Source: Callorhinchus milii (lineage: Eukaryota). Taken from it: DNA of 64,000 bases. The notes beneath the pieces were generated by a model. It was not told the DNA's origin. It saw nothing but the letters and a program-made list of their open reading frames with translations, and ran no database searches. This document shows, in pieces, positions 26,605 to 38,014 of this stretch. The stretch spans positions 100,132,001 through 100,196,000 of the forward strand of contig NW_024704742.1 of assembly GCF_018977255.1 (NCBI RefSeq), given 5' to 3'. A program made the translations under genes and the position numbers. Positions within the stretch are counted from its first letter, which is position 1, and every line of letters begins with the position of its first letter.

Positions 26605-27233
26605 CAACAACAAAATTACATTTGTATAGCGCCATTCACGTCGGGGGGACGCTGAACAGAGTACAGCATTTCAGACCTGAGCTGGGGTTGGGGGGGTAAG
26701 GGAGAGGAGGGGAAGGGGGTATGGTCGAAGAGGAGGGTCTTGAGGCGGGACTTGAAGGAGGCTAAGGAGGGGGTGAGGCGGAGTGAATGGGGGATGGAAT
26801 TCCAGAGGTTGGGGGCAGAGTGGGTGAAGGCTCTCCTGCCAATGGTGGGATGGGTGGGTCAGGGGACGTGAAGCAGGCCACAGCCGGTTGAGCGGAGGGA
26901 ACAGGCAGGTTGGTAGGGGGTTAGGAGGTCGCAGAGGTAAGGTGAGACGAGGCCATGGAAGGCTTTGTATGTGAGGACCAGGATCTTAAACTGGATCCTC
27001 TGAAGGATAGGGAGCCAGTGGAGTTGGGCGAGAGTGGGGTAGATGGGGTCACGGAGTTTGGTGCGAGAGAGGACAGGGACTGCAGAGTTCTGGATCATCT
27101 GCAGCCTGTAGAGGGAGGAGTTGGGAAGGCCGACAAGCAGAGCGTTTGCATAGTCGAGCCTGGAGGTGATGAAGGTATGAACAAGAGTTTCAGCAGCCTG
27201 AGAGGTGAGGTAGTGGCGGAGTCGGGCGATGTT
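26605..27233 (-). mobile_element. L2 3' part
   Basis: ORF 26859..27098 reads IQNSAVPVL...LAQLHWLPILQRIQFKILVLTYKAFHGL, and there is a (TTG)n tail. Confidence 0.9.
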
Positions 27234-30200
27234 ACGCCCTTTTCAGTTGCGTTGGTGCATGCTATAATAATAATAATCTAGCGGAAATCTACAAGCAGAC
27301 CCACAAACATTTTTGACCGTGGATACAGTAACAATTTATATTTTGTAAATGTTTTGTTACATTATTAAAACTGATTTATGGTTTGTACATGCACTGTATT
27401 TTTCAATACACTTAGAAATTCAACACACACCAACAAGCCCTTGCTCAGAGGCCACCCTTATATAAAGGCTACTTTGGTCCAGGCTCCTGAGTGATTGCTG
27501 AAAACAGATTGAACTGTGTATCCTGTGAAGCACTTTGTGACTCCACCCGACATAAAAGACAGACACTATTCGAAATGCAAGGATTATTATTTCCTCTGTC
27601 TGGGTCAGCATCTTCGATTCTAGTTCGCCAAATCAAGTACATTTTGTAGTTTACTACTTCAGCCGGCACACAGTGCACCATAACCCTGGCTTCCCTGCAT
27701 GGTGTTTCTCAATATCAACTAGATATATCTGACCAGATTTAGTCCAGTAATGAAAAACAAAACATCAACAACAAAAGACTAAAAATGAACTCTTGATGCG
27801 GAAAATAATCCTTAATCCCCTAAATCCCGTCTCTAATTTTGTCATTGCTCCTGTATACTAATATTCTTGGAAACATAACTAAAAGCTATCATTAATAATA
27901 GTTAATAGGATGAACTGCTTGCAAATGCATTTTCACTTAGAGATGAATTGTACATGTTCTAAAAATCAACTTACTATTATAAATGTCGGCTTTAAAACTA
28001 CACAAAAGCTCAGTACAAATCCGTGCACCATTTCAGTTCATTACAGCTGACATTAGGGCCTACGTGGTGAGAGCAAAGCCTAAATTCAATAGATTTGCAA
28101 TGAAAGAGGTTTAATGTATTTTAAATACCATGAAAGCAATTTCCCACTAAAGACATCCTGCATAGCAGTGATAAATCCTTTTTTTCAAAAGAGCAGCTAT
28201 TAGTAAATGCAGCAACATTTCATATTCTCCTGAAAGATCTCTCAGCACCTTATTCCTCTTACAATAGGGGGTTCTTAACCTACAAGCATGTTCTGCTGCT
28301 CCTGTGCCATCAATACAGCATAGCAAGCTCAATGTTCACTCAATCTCCTTCACCACCTACCACCCGCTGGTCAGAGACACAGTAATGACTTTCCGTTATG
28401 CAATATCTCTGCAGCACTGTTACCGGACAGACGTTCCACAACTAACTTGCTCTACATAGCATCAGAGGACCGTCTGCCGGAATAAAGAGATTAGTTCATC
28501 CCTTTCAAGACTATAATGAGAACGTATCAGGTAGCTATTCGCAAATAAATCTTCCTGGCAATCGCAGAGCAATCTCACACCAAGTACTTGTTCTCTTAAC
28601 TCCAAAGACAAAATAGTTTCTCCCCCACCCCCCCCCAACAAATTATTATTCTAATAATATAAACCCTCATGTTACAGAAGGTGCAAAATAATAGTTGATT
28701 TACGACTGTACTGTAAATATTCTCTAATGTTAATACACCCTCTTAATCAATGGTATCAAAATACTAGCAGGTTTCCAAAGCGGATTGAGCCTACAACAAT
28801 GAATCAATGGCCATGCATCCCTTGCTAAAGTAGTCGCTCCCAGTGTGCACTATAAAGATTTATAGCACAAAACTGCAGATCAGCAATTTCCTTTTCTAAA
28901 ACCACAGGTTACACTACGAAGGAGACTTAAAAACGCGTGCTCAGGGGATTAATAAATAAAAACACGCCCGGCAGTAATTTTGGAACACAAATGTTAACTG
29001 CACAAGTGAAGAAATGCAGTTCTTCTTCCCCCCCTTCTCAATTTTCTTCCATTTATTTTCCTGTAGGCTCAGGCTGGGTTACTTTATTATGCTCAGGCAG
29101 AAAGTACTGACTCTATTCAATCATAGAGCTTTCACAGCCAACCCCCTCCCTCAGCAGTCCATTACAAAAATAATAATCCTTGCATTTCAAATAGTGACTT
29201 TCACATTGGTAGGATATCTCAAAGCACTTCACATGCCGAACTATAAGTGGAGTGACTGTGTATTCTCTAGGTAAACACACAAGGAATTTGAACTGGAGTG
29301 AGGACTGTGCTGCTCAAATACGGCAGCATCATTCGACAAACAACAAGGTGAGTTAACCAATTAATTAGTGTTTGGGGAGTAAATATGGACAAGGACGACA
29401 TACAATCTAAAATAATCTGGAAGGAAACTGCACTTTGCTTTGCTCAAAAGACAGGTGGAACCTTGGACCTCAATTGACTGTTTAGTTGCATTGCTGATGG
29501 TAAAACTGAGTATAAAAGCACCAAACATACTATACTCTTATTGAAAAGCAACTGAGGCCTTCCTGTATGACCACCAGCTGAGTTCAGATGTTGAATAATG
29601 AGCAGATTTACAGAAATAACTACTGGAAAAATGACATCTCAGTGTAGTCACAGGAGAACTATTATAATTGTGATGGGGCCAGTGCCCTGCATTGTTGCAA
29701 TATCTCTAGTTTGGTAACTACATTGAATACAGGTAAGTGCTACAGATCCACAAAGCCTGTAACTGCACATCTGCTTCACATGAAAGAGAGAGAGGAGAAA
29801 GAAGGGCCGACTGACACAGTATGGTACGCATAAAATATTCATATGCCTATGCAGAACACATTGGTACACTCCATTGAGACAAATATGGGATGTTCCTCCA
29901 GGGGTCGCAAATTATCTCAACCAATTGTTTTCCATTCCACAAAAATGTTTTATGCCATTCTGTGGTACACTTCGCTTCAGTACTGTGAAGAATGGAGTTA
30001 GTTGGACTTCTGGCAAATAATGGAGACTTCTTGCTATTTTGGAGCATGAATAACAATTTGTATGAATAACATACTTTTAAAAAATGTTAAGAAAACATTC
30101 AGTACCAACAGAGTACAGTGGTACAGAATTATTAAGGTGCCAAGAAACACACTTGGATCATCATCTTTAGCCTTTTTGTAAGGGTTGGCATGCCAATAGT

Positions 30201-32079
30201 TCCCTACCCAAACCATGGGTTGTAAAATGTTTCAATAACAAATAAGTAGCAATTTATGTTGAGGAATGGTACTTCTGTGTCAGCTGTATGAAAATAAATT
30301 TTGTGCACAACAGACGGAGTATGGTCAGAAGTAGTACGTCAATATTTCCCCAGAAAAAGAGTGCACATAACAGAACAATTCAATGGTTCATTGTGCAAGA
30401 CCAACTGTTAGCACTGCACTTACATCGATTTAGGTAGATTGCACAGTACAGAAATAGCCCATAGAACCAACTAGTCCTTGCCGGTGTTTCTACTCCATAG
30501 GAGTCTCCAATCACTTATCCTTACCCCCCACATCCATATCCTTCCATTCCCTTCTCCATCATGTGTATATCTAGCTTCCTCAAGTAAGCTCAAACACAGC
30601 TGGATGTTTTCAAAGTTATGCCCAAACGCCAACTTTTTTTTGACCAAAGATATTAAAAACAAATTATTGTGGAAAAATATTTTCTTGAGTTGTCGGTTCA
30701 AATTCATTTCACCAAACTCACTACCACACATCCGGTGCGCGTAGAATGGAGGAGCAGGTCACTGAGCACTTCTGACTTTCATTCTCAATTTTAAATATTT
30801 TCACAGAGTGAAATTAAAAAAAGCCATTTGGTCGAGGGAATTTGCGATCCCTGGAAGTATGTACATGCCATATTTGTCAGTTGCCAAAAAAACCCTGCAA
30901 TATACCGCATAAACAGCGTAATCCTAAACGTGTTTAAAAAAAGCACTCACTTGCAGCCATCTACACTTCTGCTGTCAATGTACTGAGCAGGTCAGAAGGG
31001 AAAAAAAAGTTAAAACAGTAAGGAATTTTATCCAAAACCAGCTGGGATAAAGAAGAGATTGCTTTGAAGACAAGTTGCACTAAAGACTGTCCAGAAAAGT
31101 TAAGATCAAAGGAGACATAAATTTTTATTTCCCCCCACCCTCAACTCTACTAACTGCTGGGCACAAGAAGCATATATTATTTATATAAATTTCTGAAGTT
31201 ATTTCCCATTTCCTTTTAAGTCTCTCCCTCAGGCCAAGGACTGGCAGACAACCAGCTCCTCCAATACCCCCGTTATACCAGTGAAGAAAAAGACAGGGCC
31301 ATTCCAAATTTCCTCTGCTAGATAGTTTCCAGATGCCATCAAGCACACTGACTAGTTCTTGCGAAACAAGCAAAGTCAATGTTTTGCATACAAACATTAG
31401 TGAGCAATCTCTTGCTGGATTATGTGAAACTTCGCCTAGATTCTCTCAGTTATGTGTGCTACCAGTACAGAGACACATAGGTATGCTGTAGTAGGTAAAG
31501 GGAAGTAAGGGGAAGTGGTAAAAATGCTGAGGCCCAAAATTCCACCCAGTCTCAAACAGTAAGACCATTTAGAATTTAAGATCGAGCTGAATTATGGAAA
31601 GTTCTTAAATTCCTTAATTATTTTGGAAGCCTTTTTTCCCCCCACAGTTATTGAAAAGAACCGACTTCTAAATTGAGACTGGATTTAAGAATTTAACACT
31701 TTTGCACACCTTCAGTCAAAATTTGAGGCTTCCAGGCTCAGACAAAGTGGAATTTCAGATCTCTGCCTCCAAATACTTAAGACAATTGCATCTATCCAAA
31801 CTTTGGTTACTCAGCGCACAAAGTATAAAAGGACAACTAAAAAGAAAAAAAATAGAAGCAACAAAGAATCAAAAAATTAGGTTAGCGCATTGAGTATAGT
31901 GGACTAAGAGAATTTAGGGGAATTGTGTTCATAACACATCAGTGCCTAAAAAATACAACTGTAACAGGAAATCACTTCCACAACATCCAACCAAAATTAC
32001 AAATGAAACAGAACAGAGCTCTGAGGAACGCTACCGATGATTTGGCGGAGGCGAGGGCAATAACTATAGGTATATGCAA

Positions 32080-32200
32080 GTTAGAAGGGAATAAAGGGAT
32101 ATGAGAGCGGAGATTAGGAGGGGTGGAGGCTCATGTGGACTATAAACATCCGTATAGACCGGTTGTGCTGAATGTCTCATTTCCATTCTGTAGCATTTTA
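32080..32200 (+). mobile_element. CR1 3' UTR fragment (same family at 30460-30590 minus and 54205-54308 plus)
   Basis: ggaggctcatgtggactataaacatccgtatagacc...gctgaatg versus gaaggctcatgtgaagcataaacaccggcatagatcagttgggctgaatggcctg. Confidence 0.65.
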
Positions 32201-32314
32201 TGTAATTCCAAGTGATGACAAACAATTGAAAAAGCCAATAAAGGAGTTTGATGAAAAGGCATGGAACTGGGATTAGGAATTAGCTCCAGTGGAGGAGTTG
32301 GCGTTAAACAAGGT

Positions 32315-34315
32315 CTCATAACATAACATGTAGGAGCAGGAGTAGGCCATTTGGCCCTTCGAGCCTGCCCCGCCATTCAATCATGGCTGATCTTCTAATC
32401 TAACTCCGGCTAATAACATAACCCTGCCTTATCCCCATATCCCTTAATCCCTTTTGCAATCAGAAATATATCTATCTCAGTCTTGAATATGTTCAAGGAC
32501 TGAGCGTCAACAGCCCTTTGGGGGTAGTGAGTTCCATACATTCACCACCCTTTGAGTGAAGAAGTTCTTCCTCAACTCAGTGCGAAAGGGCTGGGCTCTG
32601 ATTTTAAGGTTGTGACCCCTGGTTTTAGTTTCTCCAACCAGGGGAAACAATCTCCCACTATCTACTCTATCATGCCCTTTGATGATCTTATAGGTTTCTA
32701 TAAGATCCCCTCTAATTCTTCTATATTCTAGAGAATATAGGCCCAAATTGGTCAGCCTATCCTCGTAACTCATCCCCTTCATCCCTGGTACTAACCTAGT
32801 AAATCTACGCTGCACCCCCTCCAAGGCAAGTACATCCTTCCTTAAATAAGGAGACCAAAACTGCACAGAGTATTCCAGGTGTGGTCTCACCAGGGCCCTA
32901 TACAGTTGCAGCAAGACTTCCCTACTCTTATACTCTAATCCTTTCATAATGAATGCTAACATACCGTTCGCCTTCCTAATTGCTGCTGCCCTGCAGACTA
33001 ACTTTCTGTGATTGGTGTACAAGGACACCCAAGTCCCTCTGGACACTAACACATTCCAATCTCTCCCCTTCTAAAAAATAACCCGCTCTACTGTTTTTGC
33101 TACCTACGTGGATGACTTTGCACTTCTCTACATTATACTTCATCTGCCACCTACCTGCCCAATCACCTAACCTATCTATGTCTCGCTGCATTTTTTTAAT
33201 GTCGTCCTCTGTGTTGACACTTCCTCATAGTTTTGTGTCATCCGCAAATTTAGATATAATAACTTTGATGTCCTCATCTATATCGTTGATGTGGATGGTA
33301 AATAGCTAAGGCCCAAGGACTGATCCTTGTGGCACTCCACTAGTCCCATTCCGCCAATCTGAAAAGGACCTGTTTATCCCTACTCTTTGTTTCCTACCCG
33401 TTAACCATTCCCCAATCCATGTTAATATGCTCCCCCCCCAATTCCATGGCCCCCTATCTTTTGGACTAACCTTTTATGCGGCACCTTATCAAGTGCCTTC
33501 TGGAAGTCCAAATAGACCACATCCACTGATTCACCCTTATCTAGTTTACTCGAAATATCCTCAAAAAACTCTATGAGATTTGTCAAACATGACTTCCCTT
33601 TTGTAAAGCCATGTTGACTTGGCTTAATTATATTGTACCCTATAAATACCGCACTACCACATCCTTAATCAATGATTCTAATTTATTTCCTGTCACTGAT
33701 GTTAGTCTAACTGGCCTATAGTTCCCCATCTTTTCCTTTCCACCTTTTTTAAATAGTGGTGTGACATTTGCGATCTTCCAATCCATGGGGACTGTTCCAG
33801 AATCCAAGGAATTTTGGAAGATCAGACACAAGGCCTCCACTATCTCATAAGCTACCTCTTTTAAAACCCTGGGATGCAAGCCATCTGGACCAGGGGATTT
33901 TCCGGACCAGGGGATTTGTCACTTTTTAGTGCTAACAGTTTCCCCAGCACCAATTCTCTACTAATGAAAATTTCCCTAAGTTGCTCCCTGTCCTTATACC
34001 CTTGGTGCATCTCTATTGTTGGCAGACTTGTTGTGTTTTTTATGGTGAAGACATTGAGGGACTTTGCCATGTCCTTATCCCCCATTACAACTTCTCCTGT
34101 CTCTGACTGAAGTGGACCTACATTTACCCTCACTAGCCTATTCCTCTTAATGTATTTGTAAAAACTTTTACAATCTGACTTAATGTTCCTGGCTAGCTTA
34201 CCCTCATACTCCTTTTTCTTGCACTTAATAAGTTTTTTAGTTTTTTTTTGCTGGTTTATAAAACTCTCCCAATCTTCAGATTTGCTGCTTTTCTTGGCAG
34301 TTTTATAAGCTAAAA
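32315..34315 (-). mobile_element. CR1 LINE, 5'-truncated (about 2 kb), RT domain disrupted
   Basis: MHPRVLKEVAYEIVEAL...DWKIANVTPLFKKG...NYRPV, SKFADDTKL, QRDIDRLGDWAGRWQMKYNVEKCKVIH, LYRALVRPHLEYSVQFWSP...FFTQRVVNVWNSLP, and a 3' UTR ending GGCCTACTCCTGCTCCTA(CATGTTATGTTATG). Confidence 0.95.
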
Positions 34316-34541
34316 CTCTCCTTCCGTGCTGTAATTTCTAGGTTTCATCAAATGTTTTCCAACTCAATCAGCAAATGATCCACCTGTTCCAAGCAACATG
34401 GCAACCAGAGATGAATAGACACAAGAGCAAAAACCACAAGATCCACCTTCCCTTCCCTCAGGCCACTTCCACTTCTAACTGTAAACAGATGTTTGTTTTC
34501 TAAAGAAAAACAAAGAATGCATTCAGATCCTTTTTCAACAT

Positions 34542-34794
34542 AAGGCAAAATACTGCAGATGCTGGAAATCTGAAATAAAAACAGAAGTCGCTGTGAACAC
34601 ATAGCAGGTGAGACAGCATCTATGGAGAGAGGAAAGTGAGTTAACATTTCAGGTCAATGACTTTCCATCAGAACGAAAGGTCATTGACGTAAGTTCTGAC
34701 GAAAGGTCATCGACCTGAAACGTAACTTACTATTCTTTCTTCATAGATGCTGCCTGATCTGCTGCGTGCGCCCAGCAGCTTCTGTTTTTATTCC
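34542..34794. mobile_element. Inverted pair of Penelope-like element terminal repeats (pLTR) with hammerhead-like cores
   Basis: Arms of about 100 bp (34575-34674 and 34693-34792) are reverse complements: aataaaaacagaag...gcagg...cagcatctatg...tttcaggtc versus gacctgaaa...catagatgctg...ctgc...cttctgtttttatt. Each arm carries CTGANGR...stem...GAAA. Confidence 0.7.
34689..34730 (+). ncRNA. Minimal type I hammerhead ribozyme-like motif
   Basis: GTAAGTT-CTGACGA-A-AGGTC-ATC-GACCT-GAAA-CGT-AACTTAC: both conserved core boxes, a 5-bp stem II, a palindromic ACGT stem III and complementary stem I arms. Confidence 0.6.
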
Positions 34795-35304
34795 TTCTTC
34801 ACCATGGTCGTCAGGAATTAGTTCAGACATTCTGTGATGAGGCATTATATATCAAATGCAAGGATTATTATTATTATTATTACACTCCACCTGGAATGCA
34901 GGATGAGAATGGACTGCAACACAGTGAATGCATTTAATATCCTGCTGGAAACACCTCCTCATTGATCTTCTTGGCAGAGGGTCTGAAGGTTGCACAAGAA
35001 CACCTGTACTGTGTCTCTCCAAATGGGTCAGCACAATTTTTGCAGCAAATTACCCTGAAAAAGCACATTATTAACTGGGCTTTGAGCTGCTGCCGATTGA
35101 TCATTAGGGAGCTTTCCTACATTTTAAGTGAAACTTTAGAAATGTAGATGAACTAGTTGATTTTTATATTTTTTTATAAATATAAATATTTTATATAAAA
35201 TAGATAATTCAGCACCTTGGGACTCCCTCCCAACGTGAAAGGCGCTATATAAATGTAATCCTGCTGTTGTTGATCCACTGGCTGAGTCTTAGCATGAAGT
35301 TTGC

Positions 35305-35978
35305 CTGCTGCGTTTCGCCCACAAAGTACAGTTAATTCACTTTACAGTATACTCTGGGAAGCGTTTTGAGACATCTCGAAGACGTGATAAGACACTATAT
35401 GAAATGCAAGGATTATTATTATTATTAAGTTGCAACTTTGGCTGATGCTAGTAACTCGCTACACATTGTGCAAGAGTGGAGCAGACAGCAAAGTTAATTT
35501 GTGTATAGTTTACACTGACGCTCCAAAGCATTGCCGAGAGTGTGCTGCATTATTGGATGTGCCATCTTTCTGATGAGCCTTTATAACCGAGATCTTATCT
35601 GCCTGTTCTGCTGGTTGTAACAGATGCCATGGTGCTATTCAAAAAGAAATAGTAGTTTCTCCCAGTATCATGGCCAATAATTCAACAGACTAAAAAATAT
35701 TGGTTATTCACTTCATGGCAGTTTGTGGGATATTGCCTTGCAAAGTCACCTCCGCACTTGCCTACCAATAATAATAATAACCCTTGCATTTGATATAGCA
35801 CTTTTCACGTCTTCTAGATGTCTCAAAGCGCTTCACAGAATATACTGTAAAGTGAATCTGTGGGCGAAACGCGGCAGCCAATTGCACACAGCTGTGTCCC
35901 ACAAACAGTTGTGGATTGAGTGACCAAATTATTATTTTATTTCTTGAGGGATTATTATCATTAATATTATTATTATTA
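35305..35978. mobile_element. SINE cluster: young 3' part (+, to 35427), old Deu SINE (+, about 35430-35765), young 3' part (-, 35768-35978)
   Basis: Shared tail gcgtttcgcccacaaa...aaatgcaaggattattatt in both orientations, with the Deu core gtgctgcattattggatgtgccatctttctgatgag between them. Confidence 0.75.
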
Positions 35979-38014
35979 TACAGTCACTTTCAGAAACCCC
36001 TGAGATTGTCTCAGAATGGTAAAATGCTGCGTCAAATGCAAGGATTATTATTATAATGGTTAGTTAGTATGAAGACGTCCTGTTCTGCAGAGTGACACTA
36101 TACAGAATTCTCCAGTCCCCAAGCGAGATACTGACGTCAACTGGGCCATCTGGAGGATAGCATGATATGAATACAAGTCACTTCCATTCCCAAAAGAGGG
36201 AGCATTTCCTATATCATTCTTATAAACTTAATAAGCCATCTCAAGGATAGCAGTGGTAGCAGGCTAGTCGCTGGACACCTGTGTCTACTTATAGTTGAGC
36301 CCCAGTTATCATACAATTTGGAAAATAGCAGCTGTGAAGAACTACATTTCTTTTTTTTTTAAAAAGATAGTGGCAAGAGCTTCTGTTTAACATCAGTACA
36401 AGTGAGCAATGTCACTGTTTGGGAGAATGTGAATACCACATTATAACACCTTAAACTTCATATTTTAGAGCATTTCCGTTACTCAAAATAGCCTTTTCAG
36501 GAAGTGCTCTTTTGAAAAGATGAGCTAAAGTCTCAACTGCAACCTCAGACTTCCACACAGTGCATTTCTAATGTTAATTAAGATGTGTGAGGGAGTTTGG
36601 GGAGTGGGGGCATGGGGAAGAAATACGTCTGAAATTCTGAAGTTGTTTTTGTTTGGATAATGAAAACAGTAATTGGATCAAATGGTAATGGCTGCCTGTT
36701 GGCTTTCTGTACTTTTGCAGAAGTTAAACGCCATCTGAACCCCGCTAACATGGTCCAATCTGTTTTAGAAGGCCAACGTGCATCAGCTTGGACAGGATTT
36801 AAAATGGGTATCATGTTCCTCTGAGAGTTAAAGGTATATTTTTCAGTGCTATACATACATTTGCAACTGTACAAGGCCACATTACCATGTGCAAATGAAG
36901 CTACACTGTTATTTCTGCTGAAGCCAAGACACTGCACTCTTTCAGGAGAGGCTCGTCCCAGTAGAAAAAACACCTTTCATGTCACTTTACTCCTCAGAAT
37001 TTCAAGCATTACTACTAAAGTATTACTACTAAAATCAAAGAAAGGAACAGTGTTATGGGACTATACGTTCCCGAGCGCAAGGAACCCTCAAGTTTAACAT
37101 AATATCTGGGACCCACCATCTCCTTGGCTACTCCTAAAATGTACATTATGTCATTTTGCACTTTACCTCCATCTATATACATATATATATATAAAACATA
37201 AATAGCATGTATGTAAATAAGATTTGTGGGACGTCTGTTTATAAATACTTGTGGTTAGTGTAAACTGAGTCATAGGGTTGTTTAGGTCCAAAAAAGTACC
37301 GTGTGTTCTTCTATACAGCGCTCCTCGAGTCTCTGTAAATTCTTAAAGGAGGGAGGGAGGAAATACACAAGCAGGTTACTTCTGGAGCCAGTCATAAGTT
37401 AGTGCGAAGCACACTGATGATAGCATCCCATTGTATCGCTGCAATACAACTGGGATTTCCTGGCATCTCATTAATAAAGTTTCACAAGAAGAGGGAATTT
37501 GCACGAAGGACTGAAGCAGAGGCCACCTGGTACACTTTGCATAGTTACATATCACGGTTTTACAGTTAGGGGTGAAGAACCATTGCGATTACGTAAAACA
37601 GCCAGTTGCATCATAAAATCATAAGAATTTGCTAGACAAAAGAAGACAAAGGTCCAACCAGTTGGCCTTCCACCATCCTGGCAGTCACATGCACATGTTA
37701 TGTCCCAAACTATATATCGTGTCCCAAGATATTGTTTCCTAACAGAAATGTCCTAATAGCATCTGTAGTGTCATCTTTGATTGTAGTTTAAGTTTGAACT
37801 AGCCTGCAAAATAATCTGGAGCCACCTGATCGATCAATCACCTGAAAGATTTATTACAGGCTTACAATAGTTGCATACTTGATTATATAGTGCTTTCCTG
37901 GGTCAGACAGCTCCAAATGGCACCCAAGCAGATTCAAACCATCCACCTCACTAACTCAGCAAATACACAACGACTCTTAGCAGATGTCATTTGAGAAACA
38001 GCAGTGGGTCCCAG

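Noticed and set aside
32315..34315. Possible intact autonomous LINE or domesticated RT gene
   Set aside because: All LINE copies are 5'-truncated with stops or frameshifts; none has a complete ORF2.
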